Assembly: GCA_034521595.1 (NCBI GenBank)
Contig: JAXHMG010000003.1
Span: 2,848,001 to 2,912,000, forward strand
DNA: 64,000 bases
DNA from: Gemmatimonadota bacterium
GTDB lineage: Bacteria; Gemmatimonadota; Gemmatimonadetes; Longimicrobiales; Gaopeijiaceae
Direction of reading: 5' to 3'
Positions 9,195 through 18,394 of the stretch are shown piece after piece (the stretch's first letter is position 1; each line of letters begins with the position of its first letter). The notes under the pieces were generated by a model. The model did not search any database, was not told the origin of the DNA, and was given only the letters and a program-made list of their open reading frames with translations. The position numbers and the translations under genes are program-made.

Positions 9195-10450
9195 GCGTGC
9201 TCGAACGGGCGGCGGAACGGCTGGTCCGAAGCCGGCTTTCACGCATCCGGGCCGGGTGCCTGCTCCTGCGCTGGCAGGGAGAGACGCTCGCGTTCGGAGA
9301 CGGCGGCCCGCCGCACGCCGAAATCCAAGTCCACGACTCCGGCGTGTTCACCGCGCTCGCGCTCGGAGGCCACGTCGGTGCCGCCGAGGCGTACGTGGAC
9401 GGGGCGTGGACGAGCGACGACCTCACCGCCGTGGTGCGCCTCTTCCTCCGCAACCGCGAGGTCCTCGACGATCTCGAGCGTGGCGCGGCCCGGCTCGCGC
9501 AACCCCTACGCGCGCTGGCCCACCGCTGGAACCGAAACACCCGGGGAGGGGCGCGCCGGAACATCCGTGCACACTACGACCTCGGCAACGACTTCTTCGC
9601 CGCCTTTCTCGACGAGACGCTCACGTATTCCGCCGGGGTGTTCGACGGGGACCCTCAGCGGTCGATGCGCGACGCGTCCCTGGCCAAGTACGACCGCATT
9701 TGCCGGAAGCTCGGCGTGGGCCCGGAGCACCACGTTCTGGAGATCGGCTCGGGCTGGGGCGGCTTCGCGATCCACGCCGCGGAGCGGTACGGCTGCCGGG
9801 TCACCACGACGACGGTGTCGCGCCGTCAACGCGACCTGGCGGAAGCGAGAGTGCGCGAAGCCGGACTATCGGATCGCGTGACGGTGCTGTGCCGTGATTA
9901 CCGCGATCTGGACGGCTCGTTCGACCGGCTCGTCTCGATCGAGATGATCGAGGCGGTCGGTCACCAGTACTACCGCACCTTCTTCGAGCGCTGCGCCGGG
10001 CTTCTCGCCCCACACGGGTTGGCGCTGCTGCAGGCGATCACGATTCAGGACCGCTACTACGAGGCCGCGCGCCGGGAGGTGGACTTCATCAAGCGCTACA
10101 TCTTTCCCGGAAGCTGCATTCCGTCCGTCTCGGTCCTGACGGCCGCCGCGGCGCCGACGGACCTCCGACTGGTCCACATGGACGACATGACGCCCGACTA
10201 CGCGGAGACCCTGCGCCGGTGGCGGGCTCGCTTCCTCGACCGATGGCAAGACATTCGTGCGCTCGGATTCGATGAATCGTTCAAACGCTTGTGGGACTTT
10301 TACTTCTGCTACTGTGAGGGAGGGTTCGAGGAAGCCGTGCTCGGAAGTGTTCAGATGATGTTCGCGAAGCCGGAGGGCGACCTCACGTCCGTCCGCGGTC
10401 ACGGAGGAGCCGCGGTCGGAGCGGCGGTCCGAGCCGGAGAACGAGCATGA
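9191..10450 (+). CDS. cfa: Cyclopropane-fatty-acyl-phospholipid synthase family SAM methyltransferase
   Basis: NIRAHYDLGNDF, LEIGSGWG, SIEMIEAVG, FIKRYIFPG and YFCYCEGGF. Confidence 0.9.
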   Translation: MSVLERAAERLVRSRLSRIRAGCLLLRWQGETLAFGDGGPPHAEIQVHDSGVFTALALGGHVGAAEAYVDGAWTSDDLTAVVRLFLRNREVLDDLERGAARLAQPLRALAHRWNRNTRGGARRNIRAHYDLGNDFFAAFLDETLTYSAGVFDGDPQRSMRDASLAKYDRICRKLGVGPEHHVLEIGSGWGGFAIHAAERYGCRVTTTTVSRRQRDLAEARVREAGLSDRVTVLCRDYRDLDGSFDRLVSIEMIEAVGHQYYRTFFERCAGLLAPHGLALLQAITIQDRYYEAARREVDFIKRYIFPGSCIPSVSVLTAAAAPTDLRLVHMDDMTPDYAETLRRWRARFLDRWQDIRALGFDESFKRLWDFYFCYCEGGFEEAVLGSVQMMFAKPEGDLTSVRGHGGAAVGAAVRAGERA

Positions 10451-11463
10451 ACGCCATCGGGATCACCATCGCGGAGCGCGGTCTCCTCCCCCTGCCACTT
10501 CTGCGCCTGGGCATACGCCGGCTTCTCCGCAGTCGGCTTCGAGAAGGCGCGCGCGACTTCAATGTCGACGATTTCCTGCGGATGCTCGAGGACAGCCCGC
10601 TCGCCGTGGCGACGGACCGGGCCAACACCCAGCACTACGAAGTCCCGCCCGAGTTCTTCCAGCATACTCTGGGGCCCCGACTCAAGTACAGCAGTGCGTA
10701 CTGGCCCGAGGGTGTCGACCGCCTGGGCGCGGCCGAGACGGCGATGCTCGACCTGACCTGCACGCGAGCTCGACTCGCCGACGGCCAGGACATCCTCGAG
10801 CTCGGATGCGGGTGGGGATCCTTGACGCTCCACATGGCCCGAGCCTATCCCCGAGCTCGCATCACCGCCGTCTCCAACTCGTGGTCCCAGAAGGAGTTCA
10901 TCGAAGCACGCGCACCCGGGAACGTGCGCGTGATCACCGCCGACATGCGGGATTTCCGCCCCGAGGGCCGCTTCGACCGCATCGTGAGCGTCGAGATGTT
11001 CGAGCACATGCGGAACCTCCCGGAGCTGCTTCGGCGAGTGACCGGCTGGCTACGCCCGGAAGAGGGCCGCCTGTTCGTGCACGTGTTCTGCCACCGCCGG
11101 TTCGCCTACCTCTTCGGTGTGGACGGTGCGGACGACTGGATGGGACGCCACTTCTTCACCGGCGGGATGATGCCATCCGTGGAGCTCCTTCCCCGTGCGG
11201 CCCGGACCCTCGAGCTCGAAAGCTTCTGGCCGGTCGACGGCACGCACTACGCGCGCACCGCGCGAGCGTGGCGCACCCGGCTCGAGGGCAACCGCGAGAC
11301 CATCATGCCGGTGTTGGAAGCGACCTACGGCGCGGACGCATCCACCTGGTACCACCGCTGGCGCCTGTTCTTCCTGGCGTGCGAGGAGCTCTTCGGATAC
11401 GCGGACGGACGGGAGTGGCTGGTCGGACACTACCGCTTCCGCGCTCCTGCGGGCTCAGGATAG
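10447..11463 (+). CDS. Second CFA-like SAM-dependent methyltransferase
   Basis: ANTQHYEVP, LKYSSAYW, LELGCGWGS, SVEMFEHMRN and FFTGGMMPS. Confidence 0.88.
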   Translation: MNAIGITIAERGLLPLPLLRLGIRRLLRSRLREGARDFNVDDFLRMLEDSPLAVATDRANTQHYEVPPEFFQHTLGPRLKYSSAYWPEGVDRLGAAETAMLDLTCTRARLADGQDILELGCGWGSLTLHMARAYPRARITAVSNSWSQKEFIEARAPGNVRVITADMRDFRPEGRFDRIVSVEMFEHMRNLPELLRRVTGWLRPEEGRLFVHVFCHRRFAYLFGVDGADDWMGRHFFTGGMMPSVELLPRAARTLELESFWPVDGTHYARTARAWRTRLEGNRETIMPVLEATYGADASTWYHRWRLFFLACEELFGYADGREWLVGHYRFRAPAGSG

Positions 11464-12075
11464 AACCAACGCCGCGCCCCAGAGAACGAGGCCCACACCC
11501 AGAGGCCGAGAGAGACGTGTGCCCCACGGCCCGAGGGTCTCGAGCAGCATGACCGCCATCAGCAGGGCCATCATGCGGAGATCCATCATGCCGAGGACGA
11601 GGGCGAGCGCCATGATGGCCCAGCAACACCCGAGACAGAACAGCCCGTGCCGAAGGCCCATCGCCAGCGCACCGGAGACCCCCGGACGCCAGTTTGCGGC
11701 GAAGTAGCCGAACGGACTCCTGCAGTGGGAGAGGCAGGCTTCCTTGAGCCGCGTGAACTGGAACCCGCCCGCCGCGAGCAGCGCCATGCCGGCGAGGGTC
11801 GGAGCGCTGACCCGGAGGGGAGCGGCCCAACCGACGTCGAGAAGCGATTGCTGCAGGGCGGCCATGACCGTGCTGAACACGCCCCACGCGACCGCGTACC
11901 CCGTGGCGAAGGCCGGCACGGTCCCGACGCCGGCCCGCTCCGGCTGAATCCGCGACAAGGCGCGGAGCCACGGCCATACGACGGGCGTCATCATGACCGC
12001 GGTCATTCCCGCCCACATCGCCAAGACGAACCAAAATCCTGATTCGGCCACGGCGGGGCGACTCAGGGCGCCCAC
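11455..12075 (-). CDS. DUF2182 family predicted metal-binding membrane protein
   Basis: MTAVMMTP, QFTRLKEACLSHCRSP and GLRHGLFCLGCCWAIM, with several TM helices. Confidence 0.85.
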   Translation of the reverse strand: MGALSRPAVAESGFWFVLAMWAGMTAVMMTPVVWPWLRALSRIQPERAGVGTVPAFATGYAVAWGVFSTVMAALQQSLLDVGWAAPLRVSAPTLAGMALLAAGGFQFTRLKEACLSHCRSPFGYFAANWRPGVSGALAMGLRHGLFCLGCCWAIMALALVLGMMDLRMMALLMAVMLLETLGPWGTRLSRPLGVGLVLWGAALVLS

Positions 12076-12713
12076 GCGAAGTGGGACCAGAGGCCATGCG
12101 TCCCTTCGGTGTCGATCACGATCGTCCCGTCGTCGTACCGGGTCTCACCGCGGGCGATCACCTGGTGAGGCGCATGGATCTGATTGTAGATGTTTTCGAA
12201 CGTGACCGGCTTTGCGCGGTCGCGGCCGCGCAGGGCCGAGACGACACCTTCGAGCAGCCCCTGAACGCGCACGGCCATGGAACCCTCGTCCTCCTCCTCG
12301 ATGCGGATCGGCACGACCCGGGTGGGGAGGCGCTCCTCGACGAAACGGCCGAGGACTTCCCAAGGCCCTCCGAGCGAGCCCGTCAACAGCTTCTCCACCG
12401 CGGCCCGCTGTGCCTCGCTCGCGCCTTCCGAGACGAGGATCACCTCGCGCCATCCGCCGTCGATCATCACCTGCGGGCTTTCGTACACCACCACGGCGTC
12501 CACTCCGTCGACGACGACCCCGTCCACCACGCCCTCCCGGAAGCGCATGGCCCAGAAGCCGTGGCAGACGTCGTGGGTGCAGGGTTGGCTGAAGTGCACG
12601 TGACCCGGACACACCGCCGTGCAGTTGCAGTTCTCGAACAACAGGCCCTTGGCCCACCAGTCGTTCGGGGGCCCCTGCTCGGCGCCCCGCGCGTCTCCGG
12701 AGCCGTCAGGCAT
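12063..12713 (-). CDS. DUF1326 family protein
   Basis: ENCNCTAVCPGH...PCTHDVC Cys-rich N-terminus. Adjacent to DUF2182, its usual partner. Confidence 0.82.
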   Translation of the reverse strand: MPDGSGDARGAEQGPPNDWWAKGLLFENCNCTAVCPGHVHFSQPCTHDVCHGFWAMRFREGVVDGVVVDGVDAVVVYESPQVMIDGGWREVILVSEGASEAQRAAVEKLLTGSLGGPWEVLGRFVEERLPTRVVPIRIEEEDEGSMAVRVQGLLEGVVSALRGRDRAKPVTFENIYNQIHAPHQVIARGETRYDDGTIVIDTEGTHGLWSHFAWAP

Positions 12714-13173
12714 CGGACCCGGCCTCCCCGTCGGCCTTCCGCAGGGCGAGCGCGTTGATGCAGTACCTCACGCCGGTGGGTGCCGGGCCGTCGGGAAACA
12801 CGTGCCCGAGATGGGCGTCACAGACGTTGCACACCGCTTCGATGCGCTCCATGCCGTGGGAGCGATCGCTCCGGTGGGCGACGACGCCGGGCGCGACCGG
12901 CCGTGTGAAGGAGGGCCAGCCGGTTCCCGATTCGAACTTCTCACCCGCGTCGAAGAGCAGGGTGCCGCAGCAGACGCAGGCGTAGCGCCCCGGCTCGAAA
13001 CGGCTGCACATCTCGGAGCTGAACGGACGCTCGGTCCCCTGCCGGCGGGTGATCCGGAACTGCTCCGGGGTCAGCAGGGACCGCCATTCCTCGGGGGCAC
13101 GCTCCACGCGGGAAGGAGGCTCGGGATCCCCTTCCTCGACCAGACGCAAGACATCCTTCCAACTCTCGATCAC
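12706..13173 (-). CDS. msrB: Peptide-methionine (R)-S-oxide reductase MsrB
   Basis: GTERPF, KFESGTGWPSF, HLGHVFPDGP and RYCIN, plus two CxxC Zn motifs. Confidence 0.95.
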   Translation of the reverse strand: MIESWKDVLRLVEEGDPEPPSRVERAPEEWRSLLTPEQFRITRRQGTERPFSSEMCSRFEPGRYACVCCGTLLFDAGEKFESGTGWPSFTRPVAPGVVAHRSDRSHGMERIEAVCNVCDAHLGHVFPDGPAPTGVRYCINALALRKADGEAGSDA

Positions 13174-13285
13174 GTTGCTCCTCCCGGTGCGGTGTCTCCG
13201 AAGGCCCGCGGCGCTCGGACGCGGCGTCTATCCCCGCGTGGCGGCTCGGGTTCCGGACGCGTCCCGCCGCATGCCGCACGCGGTG

Positions 13286-13330
13286 TTGCTCGCCACGCCC
13301 GCCAATTATAGAATGATGCATTCATTCTAT
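13286..13330 (+). promoter_or_regulatory. Sigma70-like promoter overlapped by a palindromic TetR operator
   Basis: TTGCTC (13286) - 17 bp - TAGAAT (13309). Perfect inverted repeat ATAGAATGA-N5-TCATTCTAT at 13308-13330, just before the GGAGG RBS of the tetR gene. Confidence 0.75.
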
Positions 13331-13343
13331 TTACGGAGGCCAC

Positions 13344-14132
13344 ATGGCCGACGCGACCCACGTCAATCCGCCGCAGCAGGCGCGATCCCGCCGCACGTTG
13401 GAACGCATCGTCAAGGCGGCGCTCGCGATCCTCGAAGAAGAAGGCACCGAAGGGCTCACGGTGCAGGCGGTGGTTGCGCGCGCCGGATCGTCGGTGGGTT
13501 CCTTCTATGCACGCTTCGGGGGCAAGGACGACCTTCTCGACTACCTCGAGGAGCGCGTGTGGGACGAGGCCCGGGAGCGATGGCAGGAGGCTCTGGAGAA
13601 CCGCTCGTGGGAGGGGCTGGACCTTCCGGAGCTCGCTACCGGCGCGGTGAAGCTCCTGGCGGACGCCCACCGTTCACGCGCCACCTACCTGCGCGCGCTC
13701 GACCGCATGGGCGCGGGCGAGCGTGGCGGCTACGCGTCGTTCCGGCGGCACGTCCTGACCGGCTTGACCGAGCTGCTCCTGGAACGCCGGAAGGAGATCA
13801 CGCACCCCGATCCGGAGCTGGCCGTGCGGCTGGCTCTCGCGGCGCTCAGCGGCGCCGTCGAATCCGGAGACCCGGCCACGGGGGAGCCGTTCGATCGGGA
13901 CGCGCTCGGCCGTGAGGGTCGGTGGCTGCTGCTCGCCTATCTCACGGAGCACGGCGCGGAGCCCGGAGAGCGGGTCGACGGGGCCCGTCCCGGCGCATCC
14001 GCCGCGGAGGACGCGGACGGCGCGACCGGCCGGGCCCCGGACGGAGACGGCACGGAGACCACCGACCCCGCCCGGGACGACGAAGACGAAGAAGAAGACG
14101 AAGACGTGGACTTCTTCGACGTCTGGGGCTGA
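13344..14132 (+). CDS. TetR/AcrR family transcriptional regulator
   Basis: PQQARSRRT...TVQAVVARAGSSVGSFYARFGGK HTH, with an acidic C-terminal tail. Confidence 0.92.
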   Translation: MADATHVNPPQQARSRRTLERIVKAALAILEEEGTEGLTVQAVVARAGSSVGSFYARFGGKDDLLDYLEERVWDEARERWQEALENRSWEGLDLPELATGAVKLLADAHRSRATYLRALDRMGAGERGGYASFRRHVLTGLTELLLERRKEITHPDPELAVRLALAALSGAVESGDPATGEPFDRDALGREGRWLLLAYLTEHGAEPGERVDGARPGASAAEDADGATGRAPDGDGTETTDPARDDEDEEEDEDVDFFDVWG

Positions 14133-14198
14133 AGTTCCCCGGCCTTTATCGGCCACGAGCCGCACCATGCGGCCTTCGACGGCATCCGGCTCCCGCTT

Positions 14199-16709
14199 CT
14201 ACCGGCGGCCCCAGGGGCACGACAGGTCCGTCCAGCTCATGCCACCGTCCCCGATGGGGCTTCCCGGAGGCATGTCCGGAGCGGACGGCGTCTCCACCGG
14301 CTCGTAGGGCCGCTCCAGGAACCGGGAGATGTCGGCCGCCAGCGTGAGGTTGTGAGCACGGTCCGCCGGATTGGCATTCACCGATGCCTCGGCGACCTCC
14401 ACGGCGATCTCCTCGAGCTGATACGACGTGATCGCGCGCACCTGTGCCATCGGTGCTTCGGCAGCCAGCGAGATGAGCCGCTCCACGAAAGCCCGTTCGA
14501 CCGCCCGGACGATCTCGGCCTCGTAGTTGTCCACCGGCCGCGCGCCGAACGTCGCCTCCCGCACGCGCGCGATCACCTGCTCGAGCCCGGGTAGCGTGGT
14601 GTCGAACGCCCGCTGTTGGATCATGCGCGCGGCCCGCTCCGGGTGGAAGAGGAAGCGCAACGTCGCTTCGGCCGCCGCCCGGGCCGGCGCGATGGCGTCG
14701 AAGACCACGCCTGTATGGCGCTCGAACAGCTCACGGTGGGGGCCGTAGCGCGCGGGTCGCGGGGGAAGCGTCTCGAGGACCGATTCAGGGATGGTGAGCT
14801 CCGCGGGATCGAGCGTGCGCATCAGGACGTTCAACGCGCGCTGCTGCTCCGGGGCCGGAACCGGTCGCAGGGGCGTCTGGCCGTCTCCCCGCATCGCGTA
14901 GGTATAGTACTGCCCGGCCACGACCTTCGTCGTCGCCTCCGCCTGGTACCGGTGGTGCAGGAAGAGGGGCACGAGCGCCTCCTCGATGGTCGCGAGCGGC
15001 TCGCCCGTCCGGACGGCCGTCTCGCCGAACGCGTCGAGGGCCGTACGGCGCACGTCCAGCATGCGCTCGAGCTCCCCCGCCGCCGTCGCGCCGTTGTCCC
15101 AGAGGTGGACGTTGGGATGCGCGCTCCCCGCGGGCCGTGCGTCCTGGTCCGTGATGAAGGTGATGCCCTCCTCCATGCCCTCCGCCAGGATGTCCTCGAG
15201 CGCCTGGGCTTCGTCGGTCCCGGGCGGAAAGTCGGTGTACCCGTACCGGACGGCGATCTTGTCCCAGGCCCCGATCCCGTCGGCATAGGAATCGCGGCCG
15301 AGCGTGACCTCCCCGTCTTCGAGCCGCACCCGTGGGTGGGGATAGTCCATGACGGACTGGATTCCGTCGTCGGTCTGGGCGCTCGCGATGTAGTTGTGGC
15401 TGAGACCGATCGTGTGTCCGATCTCGTGGGCGGAGAGCTGGCGAATCCTCTGCAACGCCATCTCGCGCACATCGGTCGGATCCTCGTCTCCGGTCAGGTA
15501 CGGGGCGGTCAGGCCCTCACCGATGAGGTAGTCCTGACGCACCCGCAGCGAGCCCAGGGTCACGTGTCCCTTGAGGATCTCTCCGGTGCGCGGGTCCTGG
15601 ACCGAGCTTCCGTAGCTCCATCCTCGCGTCGACCGGTGCACCCACTGGACCACGTTGTAGCGCACGTCCATCGGGTCGGCCGTGTCGGGCAGGATCTCCA
15701 TGCGGAACGCGTCGATGAACCCGGCCTCTTCGAAGGCCTCGTTCCACCATGCACCGCCCTCCAGCAGCGCGCTCCGGACGGGCTCGGGCGTGCCCGGGTC
15801 GAGGTAATAGACGATCGGCTCGACCGGCTCCGAGCGCTCGGCCGAAGGGTCCTGCTTCTCCAAGCGGTGGCGCGCGATATACCGGACCGTCAGGTCCTCC
15901 TCGATGGGCCGCGCGAAGTCCATGAAGCTCGGCCCTCCATAGCCCGCGCGAGGATCCGCCCGGCGGGGCTCGAACGAGCCGTCGAGGGCCGGGAGCTCGA
16001 CGAACGAATGGTGCTGGCGGACGGTGACGGCGTTTCCGGTCGGCGTGACGCTGCGCACCAGACCGCCCGGATCGTCCGAAGTGAACGTGAGCGTCACCTC
16101 GATCTCGGTGTTGCTCGGGAAGCCCTTGGTACGCGGCATGAAGGGCGCGCTGCGCGACGGCTCGAGGCTCCACGAGCCCTGGCTCCGTTCGAGCGTCGTC
16201 TCCACGCCGGCCCAATCCGTCAGGAGGAAATCGGTGGCGTCGACCAGCACCCGATCCTCCGTCTCGGCGGCGGCCGTGAAGCCCCAGAGGATCGACGTGG
16301 GAAAGCCGTCCTCCACCGAGCGCCGCTCCAGCGCGTCGTCGGAGTTCGCCCGGTAGTCGTAGTTCGGCTGCTCCATGAGCACCTTGGGCCCCACGCGTCG
16401 GAACACGACCACCTGCCGGCTCCCCAGATCGCCCCGATTCAGCCCGATGTCGTTCTGACCCATGCCCGCCGGCAGCGACGTGTAGTGGAGCAGCTCCTCG
16501 TCCCACCGCCCGATCTCGAGCCAGAGGGTCCCCGCCTCCTCGTCCCAGTAGAGGGGGATGAAGCCCTCGATGCGCGTCATGGCCTCGGTCTTCTCTTCGA
16601 TGGAAGGAAGGTCCGTGTCTTCCTGAGCGAGCAGGGGCCCGGGGGCGGGCGCGATCACCGCGGCTGCAAGGGCCATCATCCACATGCCACTCATCAAGCG
16701 CTGAACCAT
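14199..16709 (-). CDS. Secreted zinc-dependent metalloprotease (Met-zincin, DUF5117/DUF4953 type)
   Basis: Signal peptide, HEIGHTIGLSHN zinc motif, SVMDY Met-turn, and EPIVYYLD and DPRTGEILKG motifs. Confidence 0.88.
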   Translation of the reverse strand: MVQRLMSGMWMMALAAAVIAPAPGPLLAQEDTDLPSIEEKTEAMTRIEGFIPLYWDEEAGTLWLEIGRWDEELLHYTSLPAGMGQNDIGLNRGDLGSRQVVVFRRVGPKVLMEQPNYDYRANSDDALERRSVEDGFPTSILWGFTAAAETEDRVLVDATDFLLTDWAGVETTLERSQGSWSLEPSRSAPFMPRTKGFPSNTEIEVTLTFTSDDPGGLVRSVTPTGNAVTVRQHHSFVELPALDGSFEPRRADPRAGYGGPSFMDFARPIEEDLTVRYIARHRLEKQDPSAERSEPVEPIVYYLDPGTPEPVRSALLEGGAWWNEAFEEAGFIDAFRMEILPDTADPMDVRYNVVQWVHRSTRGWSYGSSVQDPRTGEILKGHVTLGSLRVRQDYLIGEGLTAPYLTGDEDPTDVREMALQRIRQLSAHEIGHTIGLSHNYIASAQTDDGIQSVMDYPHPRVRLEDGEVTLGRDSYADGIGAWDKIAVRYGYTDFPPGTDEAQALEDILAEGMEEGITFITDQDARPAGSAHPNVHLWDNGATAAGELERMLDVRRTALDAFGETAVRTGEPLATIEEALVPLFLHHRYQAEATTKVVAGQYYTYAMRGDGQTPLRPVPAPEQQRALNVLMRTLDPAELTIPESVLETLPPRPARYGPHRELFERHTGVVFDAIAPARAAAEATLRFLFHPERAARMIQQRAFDTTLPGLEQVIARVREATFGARPVDNYEAEIVRAVERAFVERLISLAAEAPMAQVRAITSYQLEEIAVEVAEASVNANPADRAHNLTLAADISRFLERPYEPVETPSAPDMPPGSPIGDGGMSWTDLSCPWGRR

Positions 16710-16868
16710 CGTACTCTCCTCACCGTGAACCGGGACCGGGCCTCGTGCCGGAGCGCCGCTCCGGCCGAACTCGAATCTGCCCGGCGGACTCCGGCCGCGC
16801 CAGCCGGGGCCCGTGCACGGACGTGCGCCCTCGCCCGGAAGGAGCAGCTCGCCGCGAGCCGGCGCGGC

Positions 16869-17657
16869 TCAGTCCCCCGAGGTCGTGGCCTCGCGGTGCA
16901 CGGTGCGGAGAACCCGCCTGAAGGTCTCGAGCGGCAACGCTCCCTGGAGCGGACCGTGCCCGACGACGATGAAGGTCGGCGTCCCGCGCACCCCGAGCTG
17001 GCGAGCCAGCTGTTCGGCCGCGGCGATCCGCTCGAAGCGCCGGCCGCTCTCGATGCAGTCGTCGAACGCGTCGGCGTCGGCTCCGGCGCTCACGGCCCAC
17101 GTGCGCACCACACCGGCGGGGTCGTCACTGCCCTTCCACTCCGGCTGCTCCCGCCAGAGGCGCTCGTCGAGATCCTCGAAGACCTGCGGGGACTGCTCCA
17201 GCGTGCACTCGGCGCCACGCAGGGCCGCGAGCGAATTGTCGAACATGCCGGTCACGTACGGGACGAACTTCCACTCCACCATCCCGCTCTCGATGAACTC
17301 CTCCCTCAGGGCAGGGAACGTCTCGCGATGGAACCGGCGGCAGTAGCCGCATCCGTAGTCGGACATCTCGATGACGCGCACCGGCGCTTCCGAGCTTCCC
17401 CGGTCGAACCCCAGCTCGGCCAGGGGCACCTCGCGCAACGGGCCGGCACTGCCGTCCGCACCGGAACGCGACCCGGAGCCCGCTTCGGCCCCGGCCCCCG
17501 AGAGGAGGCCCCGGTTCAGCTCCGCCCCCCCGGAGTCCGGCTGCGGCTCGGACCCACACGCGGCGAGGGAAAGCGCCGCCGCGAGCACGACCACCGTCCG
17601 GAACCGGACGGGGGCGGGGAACACGGTGCGGCGGTCGAATGCGGTTCGGTGCGTCAT
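16869..17657 (-). CDS. DsbA/thioredoxin-fold lipoprotein
   Basis: Lipobox LAAC, DYGCGYC redox motif and GTPTF cis-Pro loop. Start overlaps the ccdA stop. Confidence 0.88.
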   Translation of the reverse strand: MTHRTAFDRRTVFPAPVRFRTVVVLAAALSLAACGSEPQPDSGGAELNRGLLSGAGAEAGSGSRSGADGSAGPLREVPLAELGFDRGSSEAPVRVIEMSDYGCGYCRRFHRETFPALREEFIESGMVEWKFVPYVTGMFDNSLAALRGAECTLEQSPQVFEDLDERLWREQPEWKGSDDPAGVVRTWAVSAGADADAFDDCIESGRRFERIAAAEQLARQLGVRGTPTFIVVGHGPLQGALPLETFRRVLRTVHREATTSGD

Positions 17658-18391
17658 GGCATGTCCAGGTCGATGAGTTGGCCCATTCCCGCGAGTCCGG
17701 CCGTGATCTCGGCGAAACGCCCGGAAACCATCAGCCCGCCCACGAGCACGAGGATCGCGCCCGCCGCGCGTTGCAGCGGCACCATCCAGCGGCGGGCACG
17801 CGCCGCGCCGACGAGGAAGATGTTGAGGGCGGAAGATGCGAGAACGAACGGAATACCCAGGCCGGCCGCATAGGCTCCGAGAAGCCCCAAGCCCTCGAGC
17901 ATCGTCGATTCCAGACTCGTATACAGCAAGATGGAGGCGAGGATGGGACCGATGCAGGGCGTCCAGCCCGCCGCGAACGCCATCCCCACCAGCACCGATC
18001 CCACGGGACCCGCGGCCTTCCGGGACGAATCGGGGCGAAGCTCCCGTCCCAGCCACCGCGTCGGCAACCAGCCCAGGAGGTAGAGCCCGAGCAGGATGAC
18101 CACCACGCCCCCGACGCGGGCGAGCCACGGCAAGGCGCGCGCGATCGGCGTGCCCACGGCGGTGGCCACGAGGCCCAGCGTCATGAAGATCGCGGAGAAG
18201 CCGACGACGAACAGGATCGAGTGCAGCACGGCGGCTCGCCGAGCTCCGGGCAGCGCTCCCTCCCGGAGCTCCTCCAACGTCATCCCGGAGACGAACGCCA
18301 CGTAGCTGGGCACCACGGGGAGCACGCACGGCGAGAGGAAGGAGACCAGGCCCGCCGCGAAGGCGAGCGGAAACGAGATCTGAACGTCCAT
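17654..18391 (-). CDS. ccdA: Cytochrome c biogenesis protein CcdA
   Basis: SFLSPCVLP and GWTPCIGPIL motifs, about six TM helices. Confidence 0.92.
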   Translation of the reverse strand: MDVQISFPLAFAAGLVSFLSPCVLPVVPSYVAFVSGMTLEELREGALPGARRAAVLHSILFVVGFSAIFMTLGLVATAVGTPIARALPWLARVGGVVVILLGLYLLGWLPTRWLGRELRPDSSRKAAGPVGSVLVGMAFAAGWTPCIGPILASILLYTSLESTMLEGLGLLGAYAAGLGIPFVLASSALNIFLVGAARARRWMVPLQRAAGAILVLVGGLMVSGRFAEITAGLAGMGQLIDLDMP

Positions 18392-18394
18392 CCG

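Noticed and set aside
14616-17873. 1085-aa plus-strand ORF and many similar long Arg/Gly/Pro-rich ORFs
   Set aside because: These are antisense or off-frame shadows of well-supported genes, expected in high-GC DNA, and they show no recognisable motifs.
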